DNA from: Felis catus
Taxonomy: Eukaryota
Direction of reading: 5' to 3'
Length of the DNA stretch: 64,000 nt
Assembly: GCF_018350175.1 (NCBI RefSeq)
Contig: NC_058368.1
Coordinates: forward strand, 151,096,001 to 151,160,000
Below the pieces are notes generated by a model. That model was not told the DNA's origin. It worked only from the letters and a program-made list of their open reading frames with translations, and searched no databases. This document shows, one piece after another, positions 26,736 to 40,062 of the stretch (within the stretch, counting starts at the first letter, position 1; every line of letters starts with the position of its first letter). A program made the position numbers and the translations under genes.

Positions 26736-28419
26736 AAGGTCCTTTCTCATTAGCACAGGCAATACTGAATTGAATATAATCATTGAAAATAAATAGGACA
26801 CAAACTATCTACAAAGGAGATTCTGAAAACACCTACTATGCAGTCCGTCTTGGCAAACTGAGATCCTGTCTCTTAGATGAAATACTTTCAAATAAAATGT
26901 AATTCATTAGAAATGTTTTGGAAAGGCTAGTATTATCAATGTCAAATGCTGATCAAAGCCTACGTAGGCTAAGCTACCTTATTATTTTATGTGTAGGTTT
27001 AAATTTTTCTAAATTTATGTTTCGAAATCAAATTAAATAATAATTAAAATCAAACTCATTTTAATTTATTTTCCTTATGCTGTGAATGTTATGCATATAT
27101 GATGAATCCATGGTCCCTGAATCTTGAGGCAACTCCTTCACAAAATCACATTTCCCATGACTTCATACATTACACAGATAAGTAACATTCTTCGGTTTTT
27201 GCATTCACTCACTTTGGATTTCATACGATGCTACAAAACCTAGAGAGCACTGAGAAGTGAAAAACAGAGAGGTATGGAGAGTATATGTTAAAGAAAAGTT
27301 AGGACAAGAAGGAGAGAGAGAAAGAGAGGATAAGACGGTGGTAGATAGATAGATAGATGGATGGGGAGGGAGGAAGGGAATGAGAATGAGAGAGAAGTTG
27401 AGGGTCTTTTGAAGGGGAGAGGGAAAAATAATTCAGTGAGCACATCAACTGATCCCCCAGCAGGTAAGCTGGCCTCTCTTTGTGTCTGGATTCAGCACTT
27501 TATGATCTTACATAGAGCTTTCTCACGGGCCATCAGCAATCTTGCTCATCCTGATATCCAACTCTGGCAGCAGCTGGGCACCCATTGTCTAACTCAATGA
27601 GGCCAAGTGGTGGCTGCCAGTGCCACAGACTGCTCTATCCTCCATCCCCACACAGCCTTCTCTGGGGAGGCTCTGTGGCCTTGGCTTCCCGGTCCCCGTG
27701 GCGTTAGCTATCGGCTTTGGTAGTCACGAGGGCTTTAATAATTTCAGGCATTATCACTGAAAATGTACTGCAACCTGACTTCTAAGTTTGGTATTTCAAT
27801 TTCCATACCTTATGAATTCCCAGTGATTTTGTTAGCTCAGTGGCAAACTTAGATTTTTCATTTGCACAATAATTTCTTCCATATTATTCATTAGGTAATT
27901 ATAAAAACAACATTTCCTCTTCTATGGCATGAAAAGGAAATTAAACCAGTCTTCCCGCACTATCAAAATATTAATTTTCCCCTTAACTGAATCTGTTCCT
28001 CAGCAGTAACACCTCCCATTAATCGAGTATTTCCTATGTGCCAGGAACTGAGTCTGCAGCTTTGCATGGATTTTTTTTTAAAGCCCTCATAACTACTCTT
28101 CCCCATGACTGGCATTCTACAGATGAAGAAAAGGGGGTGCAAGGTGGTCGGTCCAAGCACTTGCGGAGGTTTACAAAGTTATAGTAAGTGGTAGAACCAA
28201 GTTAATAAACTACATAGGAGCTCCAGGGTTTACCCTGTCACAGCTGTTTCACTTTTCTCCCTCTGCAAGTCGTCCAATTATAAAGATTGCCTAAATCCAG
28301 CCAATGTTTTCTTTGAGTACTTACTCCCAGCTGAAATTGGTGAAATGTTTGACAAATCTTATTTTTTTCATGAAGGGATATATTTGCAATACAATTCACC
28401 TTCTGATGAATAATTTTAT

Positions 28420-28492
28420 TTTTAAATGTTTATCTGTTTTTGAGAGACAGAGAGCACAAGCAGGGGAGGGGCAGAGAGAGGTAGAGAGAGAC

Positions 28493-28534
<42 letters not shown>

Positions 28535-28669
28535 AGAGAGAATCTGAAACAGGCTCCAGGCTCTGAGCGGTCAGCACAGAGCCCAATGCGGGGCTCTAAC
28601 TCACGAACTGCGAGGTCATGACCTGAGTTGAAGTTGGACGCTTAACCAACTGAGCCACCCAGGCGCCCC
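28420..28669 (-). mobile_element. CAN-SINE (SINEC) with 18-bp TSD and expanded (GA)n
   Basis: TSD TCTGATGAATAATTTTAT at 28402-28419 and 28670-28687. Confidence 0.94.
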
Positions 28670-29496
28670 TCTGATGAATAATTTTATCTAAAATGTTTTT
28701 CCTATTGTGTTATTGTAATAGCCACTGAAGAGAGGGGAAGGCCTCTTCAATATTTAGTTGGTAGCTATGGAGTTAAAATGAGGTGTAGGTTGTTGAAAAG
28801 AAAGGCTGCTTAAGTTTTTCCATTCCTACGTTTTTAGGACTAGGAAGGAAGTCCTCTGCAATAACATTTTGTATATCTGGGTAAAATGAAGTGTATGTTT
28901 GTCACAATTATTAAAGTAATACTAGCAAGAATTTTAACTCTCTGCTAATAGAAAACGTTTGCTTTCTATTGTTCAGTGCCTATATTCTTCAGATTCACAA
29001 GCCAACTGCTCAGCTCTTCAGTTCGTTTTGGCCGAAAGGGACACCAATGCTGGTAACATTTTGCTGGGGTTGTGGGGGTAGGTGGGGGAAAAAGAGAAGA
29101 AGCATACACTTTGATGGAGAAACTATTGTTTCTTTTTGGCCGATACTGTGGGATCATGGAGAAATCATGCATGAACTATAAAATTTCCACTTTTAAAACA
29201 TGGGTACTGAAGCTCTTCCCTTTCTTTTGTTTTCAAAATGAGATTGATAATACTGTATTACTTTACAGGCCAGAAGGGAGGAGAGGTGAAGGAAATGACT
29301 GCAAAAGTTCCCAAGGTTTTCAACAGCTACAAGGAAGACACAAAAGGATGGGAAACTTCTAAAGGGAAAATTTCCCGAGTCCCAAGGAACAGGGGAGAAC
29401 TGTAGGAGAGCTTCAAGAACCACAAGACTTGGGTTTTTGCATCTTGTCAGAAAATCCGCACTGTTGGTAAAAACCAAGGGAAGGCCTGGCACAAAC

Positions 29497-29507
29497 GTGA
29501 CTCAGCA
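29497..29507 (+). promoter_or_regulatory. Perfect ARE/MARE motif GTGACTCAGCA (NFE2L2/BACH-sMAF, contains AP-1)
   Basis: Exact RTGACTCAGCA consensus next to a small CpG cluster (29530-29545). Confidence 0.4.
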
Positions 29508-30180
29508 GAGAAATGCCACCCACAGTCACCGACGCGGCTTCCGCAGTGGCTGAGTTGCCCTGTTTTCTCTGGAGGCTTCCCCAGCCTGGTCAATACATGA
29601 ATCTCTCAGATGGGAAACTGAAGTTTTTGAAAATGGAAATTAAACAAAGTTGTATAACATTTAAAAGAAGTTTACAGTTATGATACTTGGCTTTTTACAT
29701 GGGTTTAAAGTCAATTTTCTGTTGAATAAATAATATGAACCACACATTAACCACCTAATAGTTTTAAAATGCCCCAAACAGCCATCACCATCATTCTGAA
29801 TAGAATCCCACTTCTTTTTAAAGACCATGGTTAAAAGATGAGGGGAAACAGTACCATTAAAAGAGGAAGCAAAACATAGTTCAAAGTCTGTTTCCATGAG
29901 GTAATGCATACTGTTGACTAATGGCCAGAGGAATCCAATCTATATCGAGATGAAATATGAAGTTAAAGCAGGTGGCTGGGAGAAGTTAGAATCCCTCCAC
30001 CGGCAACCCCCGCCTCCACCTTCTTGAATTATTTTATTGCTGAAGCCAAAGGGACAGAAAGCAATGAAAGTTTTGTTGATTGGACACAGGAACTTGTTCA
30101 GAGTGAGATGGAAGTTATATATCTGAGTTCATCTCTGGAAACTGCCAATCTCACATTAACTACATCTGTATGTGTACATA

Positions 30181-30182
<2 letters not shown>

Positions 30183-30224
<42 letters not shown>
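30183..30224. repeat. (TG)n microsatellite
   Basis: Seen directly. Confidence 0.92.
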
Positions 30225-30227
<3 letters not shown>

Positions 30228-32175
30228 GCACGTGCACAGCATGAAGCTAATTTTGAAAAGATCTTCAGAATTATTTCTGGGTAGATATGTTTCTGCATAG
30301 CTATTTTTATCTTTTTTCTCCATAAGGAAGTATTTCAGTTTTGTAATTTAGACCCCAGAAAAGTCAGGTTGTTTTATTGCGGTATGTCTGCAAACTGAAT
30401 CCTGGCTTCTAAAGGAAAAGAAATTTCTTCTCCTCATCATAATATAACACACAATTTCTATCATATAGTTTATTATGTTTTGTCTAATATGAATAAAATC
30501 TCTGATGTTTGCAGGAACTCAGTTGTGGAGAGCACTAAAATGTTTCCCTCCTAATGTTGATCAGCAAGTGCTTTGATCTCCATAGCCAGACATCGGGTGC
30601 AGAGTTCAGAACTATAAATTTGTTGCACTTACTATCAGTAAAAGTAGGGCTCTGATGGTCATCTTTTCTCAAACCACAGTTCACCTTTGATACATCTTCA
30701 GAGTGTAAAATAGGTGTGGTTCAGAACAGAGTCAAACAAATATCAGTGGTTCAGAAATGATATCCTTTCCCCAGTAGCAATATACATCGTGGGTATGTGA
30801 CTGGAATATTTAAAACACCTGTTCACTTGGAACCAAGCCAAATGTATAATGCGTTAGTATGTGCTTGGCTCATTTCCAAGAGCATGTATCCTTACTGCCA
30901 TCAAAATACTGAAGGGAGCTAGGGCAAAGATACAAGTTAGAAGCAATGTAAGATAGATATATTTTATTGTTAACAATATCATCATACTAGACACTTTTGG
31001 CTGGCTAGTATTTTAATAAAATCAATTATTTGTTTTTGATCAGAGAAGAACTGGCAGTGTAGGGACACTCTTATCTTCGCTTTGCTAATTACTTTCACTG
31101 CTTTAAAATCTTAATCAACTTCCCCCTCCCCCCTCCCTCTTTCTCCCAAGCCCTCCCTTTCATTGTCTAACTGGGCTCTTCCCTGGATACATAGTAGTTC
31201 AAAGGGAACACCAGGGAATAAATTATATCCTAACTATATACCAGAGTTCACCAGCAGAACTTGGGCAAGCTCCTCTGACAGGGTTCCACCTATTTTTATC
31301 AATTCTGTTTTGACTTTACTTAATAGAGTCCAAATTTTTACCTCTCTCTACCTTTTCTGTAGCTTTAAAATCTGTATAGTCAAAATTTTACCTCTAAAGA
31401 ATTTCATAACCTCATTACGCAAGATACAGTTACACATATATGTAACAATTTATAAAATGTGACATTTTGTTTGAATGTGATGACAAAACAGGCCAAAGAT
31501 TTCAATGTCCAAGGTGTGTATGTATGTATGTGTGTGAGAAAGAGTAAAAAATGAAAATTTTGCCTAAATTTACACCTGTAGGAAGGAGAAGCAGGGAAAT
31601 AACATGTTTATGAGCACATGTGCCCAACATGTGCTAGTGGATATATACGTACGTGGTGTAAGTTACGTACGTGGTGTAAGTTAATTCTTACAAAAAGACC
31701 AAAAGTGAGATTTATTGTCACTATTTTACTGCTTAGAAAGCTGAGATTTTGTGGAGGTTTAGAAACTTGCCCCAAAGCACGGAGTTTATGAAGATTGTAG
31801 AAAGCAGGCTTGGCAGAGTCTAAAACTTGTCTGCCCCTTTTCTTATACCAGACTGTCTTACAGTGAAAAGCCCAGACTTTTAGATTATAAACCTGAAAGT
31901 GTGAGGGTAGAGATTTTATAATTTGAAGTACTGTATCCAGAATCCTGACCATTTATGTGGTCATTGAAAACACACAGACTTCATTAGGAACTTCTAAATT
32001 TATAGATTTGATTTCTTCTTCAATTTAATCTAGAGAATGTTATATAGTTTATTATATATACCTCCCGAGGTCTCCATAATTTCTTCCTTTAACACACTAT
32101 ATATGACAAATAGTCCTTAGCCAGAAAAATGCATGTGCATATTATCAGAGCAAAGTGAAATTGTATGCATATTTC

Positions 32176-32204
32176 TTTTTTTTTTTTTAACATTTTTAAG
32201 TTTA

Positions 32205-32265
<61 letters not shown>

Positions 32266-32450
32266 CGCGCGCGTGCGCGAGCGAGCAGGGGGAGGGGCAG
32301 AGAGACAGAAGGAGAGAGAGAGAAACCCAAGCAGGCTCCGCCTGTCACTGCAGAGCCCCATGTGGGGCTCCATCTCATGAACTGTGAAATCATGACCTGA
32401 GCTGAAGTCAAAAGTGGAGTGCTTAACTGACTGAGCCATCCAGATGCCCC
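32176..32450 (-). mobile_element. CAN-SINE (SINEC) carrying a compound (GT)n(GA)n(GC)n microsatellite
   Basis: Reverse SINEC body ending ctgagccatccagatgcccc; flanked by tgtatgca on both sides. Confidence 0.92.
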
Positions 32451-33012
32451 TGTATGCAATATTCCAAAAACAACTTGTTTTTTAATATAATCCTAGATGT
32501 TTACAGAATGATATAAATAGTTTAAAAATATAATGAAAGGTTTTAGGCTTTTTAGCATGCACACATATACATGTTACTTATAAAAATTAAATATCCTGGC
32601 ATTTCCACTTTTTACAACTAAATTGCTTCTATCTAGAGAGTTATATTTTCCACTAGAATTTTTCTCAAGAATTGACTGTCATTCGCTATTCTACTGCTTG
32701 AGGCCATGAAGTATCTTTCTCATACCTATTGTATTGCATCTAATTCTACACCAAACATTTAAGCACTTGATTTGTCTGTCTCCCTTCTCTCGATTTACTT
32801 TGCCATCTTTGTTAAAGCTCCTTCTGTATGTGAATATTCTATTCATATCATGCCCTTGCTCATTTCTTCTTGTCGATCTTTGCATAATTGGTCTTTTGAA
32901 AGATTTGCCCACATCCTGTTCATCAATTTATATCCATATTTCTGAACTTCATTTGTATGAAACTAAAAATGACTACTCAACATTCACCTCTCCTGAAAAA
33001 CAAATATGTATT

Positions 33013-33467
33013 ATTTTTTATATAAAGTTTATTTATTTATTTTTGAGAGAGAGGCAGAAAGACAAGGAGAGAGAGAATCCTAAGCAGGTTCTGCACTGTT
33101 CGCATGGAGCCCAATGTGGCACTTGAACTCACTAACTGTGAGATCATGGCCTGAGCCTGAATCAAGAGTTGGACTATGAACCAACTGAGTCACCCAGGCA
33201 CCGCCCCTTGACTTTTTTTTTTTACTATTTTTTAAAGTTTATTTTGAGAAAGAGACAGAGACAGAGACAGAGAGACAGAGAGACAGCATGCACGTGAGCC
33301 TGGAAGGGACAGAGAGTGAGAGAGGGAGAGAGAGAATCCCAAGCAGGCTCCATCCTGTCAGCATAGAGCCCACCATTGGGCTCAACCTCACAAACAAACC
33401 ATAAGATAATGACTTGAGCTGAAATCAAGAGTCAGGCACTTAACCGACTGAGCCACCCAGATGCCCC
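33013..33467 (-). mobile_element. Two adjacent CAN-SINEs in tandem (~33013-33203 and ~33213-33467)
   Basis: Two successive reverse SINEC bodies ending ctgagtcacccaggcacc and ctgagccacccagatgcccc. Confidence 0.9.
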
Positions 33468-33526
33468 ACTCCTGACTTTTTAAATTCTACCTCCTAGAGG
33501 TTATTATTTGATTACAAGTATCAGGG

Positions 33527-33555
33527 TATCATCATCATCATCATCATCATCATCA
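33527..33555. repeat. (ATC)n trinucleotide repeat
   Basis: Seen directly. Confidence 0.9.
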
Positions 33556-33790
33556 CCAACAACCTTACTATGCACCAGACCCTGTTCCAAGCATTTTATA
33601 AATGTTCAATAATTTAATTCTTATGATAACTAGATACTAGGTGCTATTATTAACCCCGTTTACAAATGACGATGTAAGAAACAGACAGCCTAAGTAACTT
33701 GTCTGGAAACATACAACCAATAAGCAGGAGAGATGGGATAAAAACTCATGCAGTCTTGCTCCAGAATGATGTTCTAACTATGCTATGCTA
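33550..33790 (-). mobile_element. MIR SINE
   Basis: tactatgcaccagaccctgttccaagcatttta...taggtgctattattaaccccgtttacaaatgacgatgtaag...taagtaacttgtc is the reverse MIR pattern. Confidence 0.65.
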
Positions 33791-34991
33791 TCCCTCAAAT
33801 ATCTTACAGTACCTCTTATGTTGTTTTGTCCTTTTGATGCACGTGTATATTTTCTATCTTACCGAGACTGTTAACTTTTGTGATGTCGCTGATGGTATTT
33901 TTCAAAGTTCTATTTCTTCTAGCATCATTATAAAGTTCTGTACATCCTAGAAATCTAATAATTATTGCTAGAATAAAACTATCCATAGACAAAAGTGGAG
34001 GTAAATTTGTAAAATATACATATTGGCAGGTCATTTTTGAATTTGAAGGTAAAAATGGAATCAAAATCTTACATGCTTTAATTAAAAATTCACAAAATAA
34101 ATCTAATGTTATTTGTTATTGCTAATGAAATGGCCATATTCATTTCTCTGTTATTGCATTTAATAGTTTTTAGCTGTCATTATAAGCATTTGATTTTATT
34201 TGAAAAAAAAATATACCTTCTCTTGTTTAAACCAACCTGCTTGCCTTATTTTAGCTTCTATTATAGATAAATAATACTGTAAACATTTCAAATCCCCAAT
34301 GATTAGGAGGTAGTCAAATCAATATTAGCTACATAATACATAAAGGATGGATGCAAATTTTATAGAAAAGAAATTAATTATTAATTTATATCTGTTTACT
34401 GTAACAAAAATTCGTTGTCAGCTTTTTCTGAAGTTTAACAATGCTTGAGCCAAAATCAATGAATTGTATGAAAATATCCGTTTGATGTTAAAAATGCTGT
34501 TAAAACAATTATGTAATGTTTATGAATGCTATATAATCTGTTATATGTAGTGATCCATGCACTATTCTTTGTACAAGGTGGTCTAGCATAATAATTATTA
34601 CATCTCATATCACTACTTTATCTAGCAATATTAAAATGATTTTTTAGCAATGAAAAATAGCAAATATTTTCCGTATTACAAAGGTTTTGCTGAAGAATCA
34701 GAAATGACTATATCAGAGGTAATTATTTCCAAAACTGAATTTATCCTGCATAGCACAAATGACTCAACAATGAAAATTTTGTTCAAAAAGTGTGCATGTA
34801 AAAGGCTTTGTCCCTGGAATGTAGCTCTAAGTGGTTCACTATCTAGGTTGAAAATGTCTATGCAGGATTGTATGTCCTATTTTTCCATGCCTGCAGTAAA
34901 GATACAATATGGGAATTCAGCTTGGTAATTACTAATACACCACACAGACACAATTACACCCTGTATGCTGCATGAAGGAATCACTTGTGGT

Positions 34992-35023
34992 CTGCATCTA
35001 TTACAAAGAGCAGTAGGGGGCCA
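34992..35023 (+). promoter_or_regulatory. Candidate CTCF site (core GCAGTAGGGGGCCA with upstream CTGCA module)
   Basis: Core at 35010-35023 resembles CCASYAGRKGGCRS; CTGCA at 34992 sits at roughly the spacing of the CTCF upstream motif. Confidence 0.45.
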
Positions 35024-36027
35024 CCATGCAAGACGACAAAATGCTTTACAAGACGGAAGGAGACCAGAAGAGTCGATGTACACAGATACAAGGACCTTGA
35101 TTCTTCTAGCAATGATTTAAGGCTCTTTCCATCAATTATAGTCCTTTGTCTCAAGAGTCTTATCACCAGCATCATTACAGGAACTGAACATAACAATGCT
35201 CAGTCCCGTATAACCCCGTGAACTGCGCTGACATTTCCACACCCTGTTGCTATGTTTGACCTGATTATTCAGATTACTTAAGCAAAACAAAATTGAAAAA
35301 AAAAAAGGAGTTACTATTGTGAAACTGGTCTTTTTTTTGTGACTTACTCAAAATTCCATTTCTCTAAACTTCAAGCCATCCTACTCTTGAAATGTTATTT
35401 TTCAAAGTAGTTTCTACTCCAATTAAAAAATTAAAACAGAAAATCTGCCTGAGTGAAAATTATAATTGTGGGAAAGAGACTAAATACTGGCACATCAAGG
35501 GGATATACACTTAAGAGAATTTTGTATCTAATGGAGTTAAACTAAGTCAGCTGTTCTCTTTAGCTACAGTGAGTCACAGGAATAACTTTCTGCAAAACTT
35601 TAAAGTTCTGAGTTTAACTGCAAGCAGTACGTAGTTTTTATTGTAACAGTTTTCTCCTAATTATTACATGATGTACATTATTTTACAATACTTTCACTTA
35701 AGATGCTCTTTTAAAATATCTCTTACAATTATGAATTTTTAAGACCTTAGGAAAGTTAGTTAGCTATGGCAGTTTGTCAGGTCCTGTGAAACAAAGCCTT
35801 GTCTTTCAGAAAATGTTTACAACCTATGAGAAAAAAATGTATCCTGGGGCTAGAATGTTTATTGGCACCTAGAAGTCTGAAGAGAGAGTCAAGCCTGTGG
35901 TTTTTTGAGGGCACTTTATCATCGCCCGCATTCTCAAAGGTTTCTCTGAATGAATAGAACTGGATTACTCAGCCTTCTATTCCACGCCTATTCCTCTCCA
36001 TTTTCCTTGGCACGACTGAGAGCCAGG

Positions 36028-36059
36028 CTATTTTTAGTTAGGCAGTGTTCTATTTTTAG
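36028..36059. promoter_or_regulatory. Tandem pair of perfect MEF2 binding sites (CTATTTTTAG x2)
   Basis: CTATTTTTAG at 36028-36037 and 36050-36059, both exact YTA(W)4TAR best-site matches. Confidence 0.6.
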
Positions 36060-36098
36060 ACAACTACCAGTTAGAAGACATTTGTTAGGAAAAAATTT

Positions 36099-36100
<2 letters not shown>

Positions 36101-36141
<41 letters not shown>
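36101..36141. repeat. (AC)n microsatellite
   Basis: Seen directly, about 40 bp from the MEF2 site pair. Confidence 0.92.
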
Positions 36142-36143
<2 letters not shown>

Positions 36144-38241
36144 GGGAGGAGGGAAAGAAGCTTCCCTTCACATATTGTAAAGCAGCCTTCAACCTGTAAC
36201 TCCAGGCATTTCAGCTGCTTTCAATCTTGGAAAAATAAAGAAAAATTCAGAGTTCAGGGTTTTAAAAATAAACCTACCCTCTGGCAAACAGACCAAAATA
36301 CAACAAGCTGTTACTATGTGAAACAGTGACTACAAAAACAAAGAACATTCTCCAATGATTAAACTGCAGAAAAGTTGTAGAACAATTAGGTTATAAGAAT
36401 GTAACACAGGCATGTAACAATTTTCCAGCCTCTCAGCCAGTTGTATCATGTTTTAGAATTCAGAGAGATGAGGGGAAACCTCATTGTAAAGTTATACCAG
36501 GGAGGTGGGATGTAAACCTGAGGTTTCCATTCTTAGCACCAGAGAACCTTTTATCAAACTTAAAGGCAATTATATTCAGTGCATTTTTCTAACATTTGTA
36601 TTTTCTAGACTTTCTCTAAAAATTATAACCACATGTTTACAGAGAAACCATATATTAAAAAATCCAGTGCCAACCAGAAACCAGAATCAAGGCTGCTACA
36701 TAATATACATATACACATAAATGTGTGTGTATATGTGTGTGTGTGTATAATATATATATCTATGCATTTATATGTCTATACACCACTACCTTTATTAGTC
36801 TTGCTTTTATTTTAAATGGGAATAAATGACTTGCAGATTGGCTTAGCCTATCAACTTTTTTACTTATCATTCAAAGTCATGCTTTCATCTGTAACCACTA
36901 TGAGATGTTTTCAGGTGCTCTCAGTTGCAATTATCTTCTTTTGCCTCAGATATCCCACTGTACTCTAAGTCTTATGGTTTGGACCATTGGGTAGGACTGC
37001 CACAGATGTGTCACCAATAACTAGCACAATGTTTGGCACATAGTCTTCATGTTCCTCAATATCTGCGGAATGAAATAAGTCCTGTGTATGTTTCATTTAC
37101 ATTGGACTATCAGCCCTGGAGAGTGGTGGACACATCATCATTGTCCCACTCATCTTGCACAAAGAGAATATTTCACAAATGCTTGGGGAAAAGAAAACTC
37201 AGTGGCTTTTTCAGATCTTAATTTATATAAAATACTATCATTATTTATATAAGAATAGTATACTTAATATACTTATTAATATAAAATATTATAGATTTAT
37301 TTCCAAATTAAGAATTTGCTTCTTCTCTCTCTTTTGATTAAACAACTTTTATTACTTAAAATTTCCCCTTGATGTTGAAAATGAAAACATCTTATATGAC
37401 TTAACAGTTTACAACAGACTCTGACATCTTTTATAGCCTGTAATCATCACAATAGCCTGTGAGGAAGGCTGGGTCAGGGTGGACAATATCTGACTCAGAG
37501 CAGGAACCTGAAGACAAGATGGTTAAATAACTTGCCCCAGGTTAGAGAGCTAGTGTGTGATGTTGCTATAACTAGAACTTAATTTCTCTCCAAATCTGTG
37601 GGGCTTTTGAACTTCTATTTCCTAAATGTAAAATTTTAAAGGTAAACGCTCATGATAATGCTTCAACAACATTCTTTGGGAAAATCACTCTGCAGCTTTG
37701 CTCCCCACCCCCTCCCCCCAATATTAATTCAGAACCACTAAATTTAAGGAGATCCCAGTCATGAACCCTGGATGAAGACAGAATTCTCACATTTCCAATG
37801 AGGAAAAATCAGAAATTGTGTGCACGTGTGCTCTTTCCTTCCTCGTGGGAACGTCCAGAATTGACCTACCTTGTTTCTGCTTCCCTATGACTCTTCTTTC
37901 CTATCCCTTCCTCCATTTTCTCTTCTTCCTTGGGGCAATTCAAGCCTTAGTGTTCCCTCTATCCTCTCCCTTCACTCCACCAAGTCACATTTATTTTAAC
38001 AAATACTCTACTCCTGGGAGGAAACACTGACTGAGTGGCTCAGCTTTCCCGCTTTGGTTTCTGTGCCCTGACCCAGACCCTGACACTCTATGAGCATGGA
38101 GTAGATGCTTAGGAGCAAAAGGTGAAATGGCCGCCTGCATCCCCTCCAGTTGACAAGCCCTTTATTAGGTGTATCCATCAAACGTCCTGCTAGTTAGTTC
38201 ATGAACAAGAGCACTGGATTCACCAGTTTCACTTCCTACAT

Positions 38242-38439
38242 CAGTGCTGCCCAATAGAACTTTTCCAGGGTGATGGGTATTTCTCTACTGGTCCCACCAA
38301 TACGGAATTCACGAGTCACATGTGGCTATCAAGTACTTGCTTGTGGCTAGTGAGACTAAGAGCTCGTTTCAATTTTATTTTATTTAACTTAAATTTAAAT
38401 AGTCACGTAGAGCTAGTGGCTACCTTACTGATTAATGCA
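38242..38439 (+). mobile_element. MER3 hAT-Charlie MITE
   Basis: cagtgctgcccaatagaacttt...cacatgtggctatcaagtacttg...aaatttaaatagtcacgtagagctagtggctacc follows the MER3 consensus. Confidence 0.8.
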
Positions 38440-39673
38440 CATCAATATCATTTCATTCTGAAATCTGCTTCTATTATCCAAAGAGAAATTACATGACAGA
38501 AGTGATTGAGTTTGTAATTGTTAGGCTATAGGCACTAAATATATCACTTATTTATAAATGTGTACAGTAACTTTGAAAGGAGTTTGGTGTTTGGAACCAC
38601 TGAGAGTGCAGTTGATTTTTTACTAGTAGCTCATTTTCAGGGTAACTCTGACCTTAGTTTTTCGTCTCTGAAACAGTTTTCTCAAGGTCATAGAGATGGT
38701 ATTTGTTTATGATTAAGGAGTCATTTGCATGTAATTTTGAAAAGTAAATTATTTAATTCAGAAATTCTAGAATAAGAGATACTACCATTATTTCATGTAT
38801 TAGTTTATTTTGTAACCATGCTTTCTTAGATGTGAGGAAAAAACCCCAAATACCAGTTGTACAGTTTACTGTTTACAGTGTTTCTTATCTTAAAACAGTA
38901 GCTCTAAATAGTTATCGAGTTTATTTACTAAAACATAAAGATAAGAGACTTAATTGATATGAAGAGGCTTTGAGAATCTAATTAACCTCCCAGCTAGTCA
39001 TTAACTTTATGACCTTTAGAAATAATTGACAGGAAATTTTTTTCCCCTTATTCAGAAACTTCCATTGGGTGGCTAAATTTCAGGGTAACAGAGAATACGC
39101 TAAATGCCGTTGAGACACGACTGGATAATATGCAAAGTAGCTATTAGTAAAATAAGATGTATTTCCAATAATATAATCTACCCACCCAATCTGTTGTACA
39201 CATATGCAGCACTTGCCTAATTCCAGTCCTTTTAGTGGTCAAGTCTGGAGTCTTCTCCCAGAATGTCCTATGGATTATTTGACCAGGAAGATAAGGAGGA
39301 AAGCACAGAGCTTCCACTTCTCTGAGCACCTTGGCACACATGCCTACCCAATCACATCACACGTGCCTGCTGAGTCTGCTTTCAGGCTCAGAATCTTCCT
39401 CAACACGTGCTACAGGCAGCCACTGCCAACTGACAGGCACTCACAAGGGCAGAGACCAGGTCAGGAGATGCAGTGTTCACCACAGACAGGGTAGTGGTGC
39501 CTTACTCACCTTACTGAGTAGTCACAGGCCTTTTACATCATGCTTCTGGAAACCTAACACACTTGCTTTCAAGAGTTAGTTTTACCAAATATTACTTTTA
39601 AAAAATCTATTTTATGGTATGATTCTAGACCTCAGTAAAGCTATAAAGAATAAGTGTTTAAAAATATACTTCT

Positions 39674-39796
39674 GGGGTGCCTGGATGGCTCAGTTGGCTA
39701 AGCATTTGACACTTGACTTCAGCTCAGGTCATGATTTCACGGTCATGAGACCAAGCCCTACATCAGGCTCTGCACTGAGCTTGGAGCCTGCTTGGG

Positions 39797-39840
<44 letters not shown>
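39674..39840 (+). mobile_element. CAN-SINE (SINEC) ending in (CT)n without an A tail
   Basis: ggggtgcctggatggctcag head; TSD-like ttaaaaatatactt/ttaaaaatgtactt. Confidence 0.9.
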
Positions 39841-39844
<4 letters not shown>

Positions 39845-39904
39845 AAATGTACTTTCAAACTCCATGCTGGGGAAAACAGATGTTTGGAAAGGGAAGTCTG
39901 AGTC

Positions 39905-40062
39905 TTTGCTACTCAAAGTTCAGTCCACAAACTAGCAGCATCAGCAGCACCTGGGAACTGGTCGGAAACGTAGTCTTGGGCTCTGCCCTGTACCAGTGAG
40001 TCCCAATCAGCCTCTCAGCAAGAGCCCCAGTGACTCAGACTGGACTAGAATCTGAAACCTGG
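39905..40062. mobile_element. MER5-family hAT MITE
   Basis: ctactcaaagttcagtccacaaactagcagcatcagcagcacctgggaactggtcggaaa matches the MER5A/B pattern. Confidence 0.7.

Noticed and set aside
28304..28621. ORFs with ERERER, LSLSLS, VCVCVC or HTHTHT runs (also ~12582, 30024, 32133, 39619, 45752, 52131)
   Set aside because: Translations of SINEC bodies and microsatellites, not genes.
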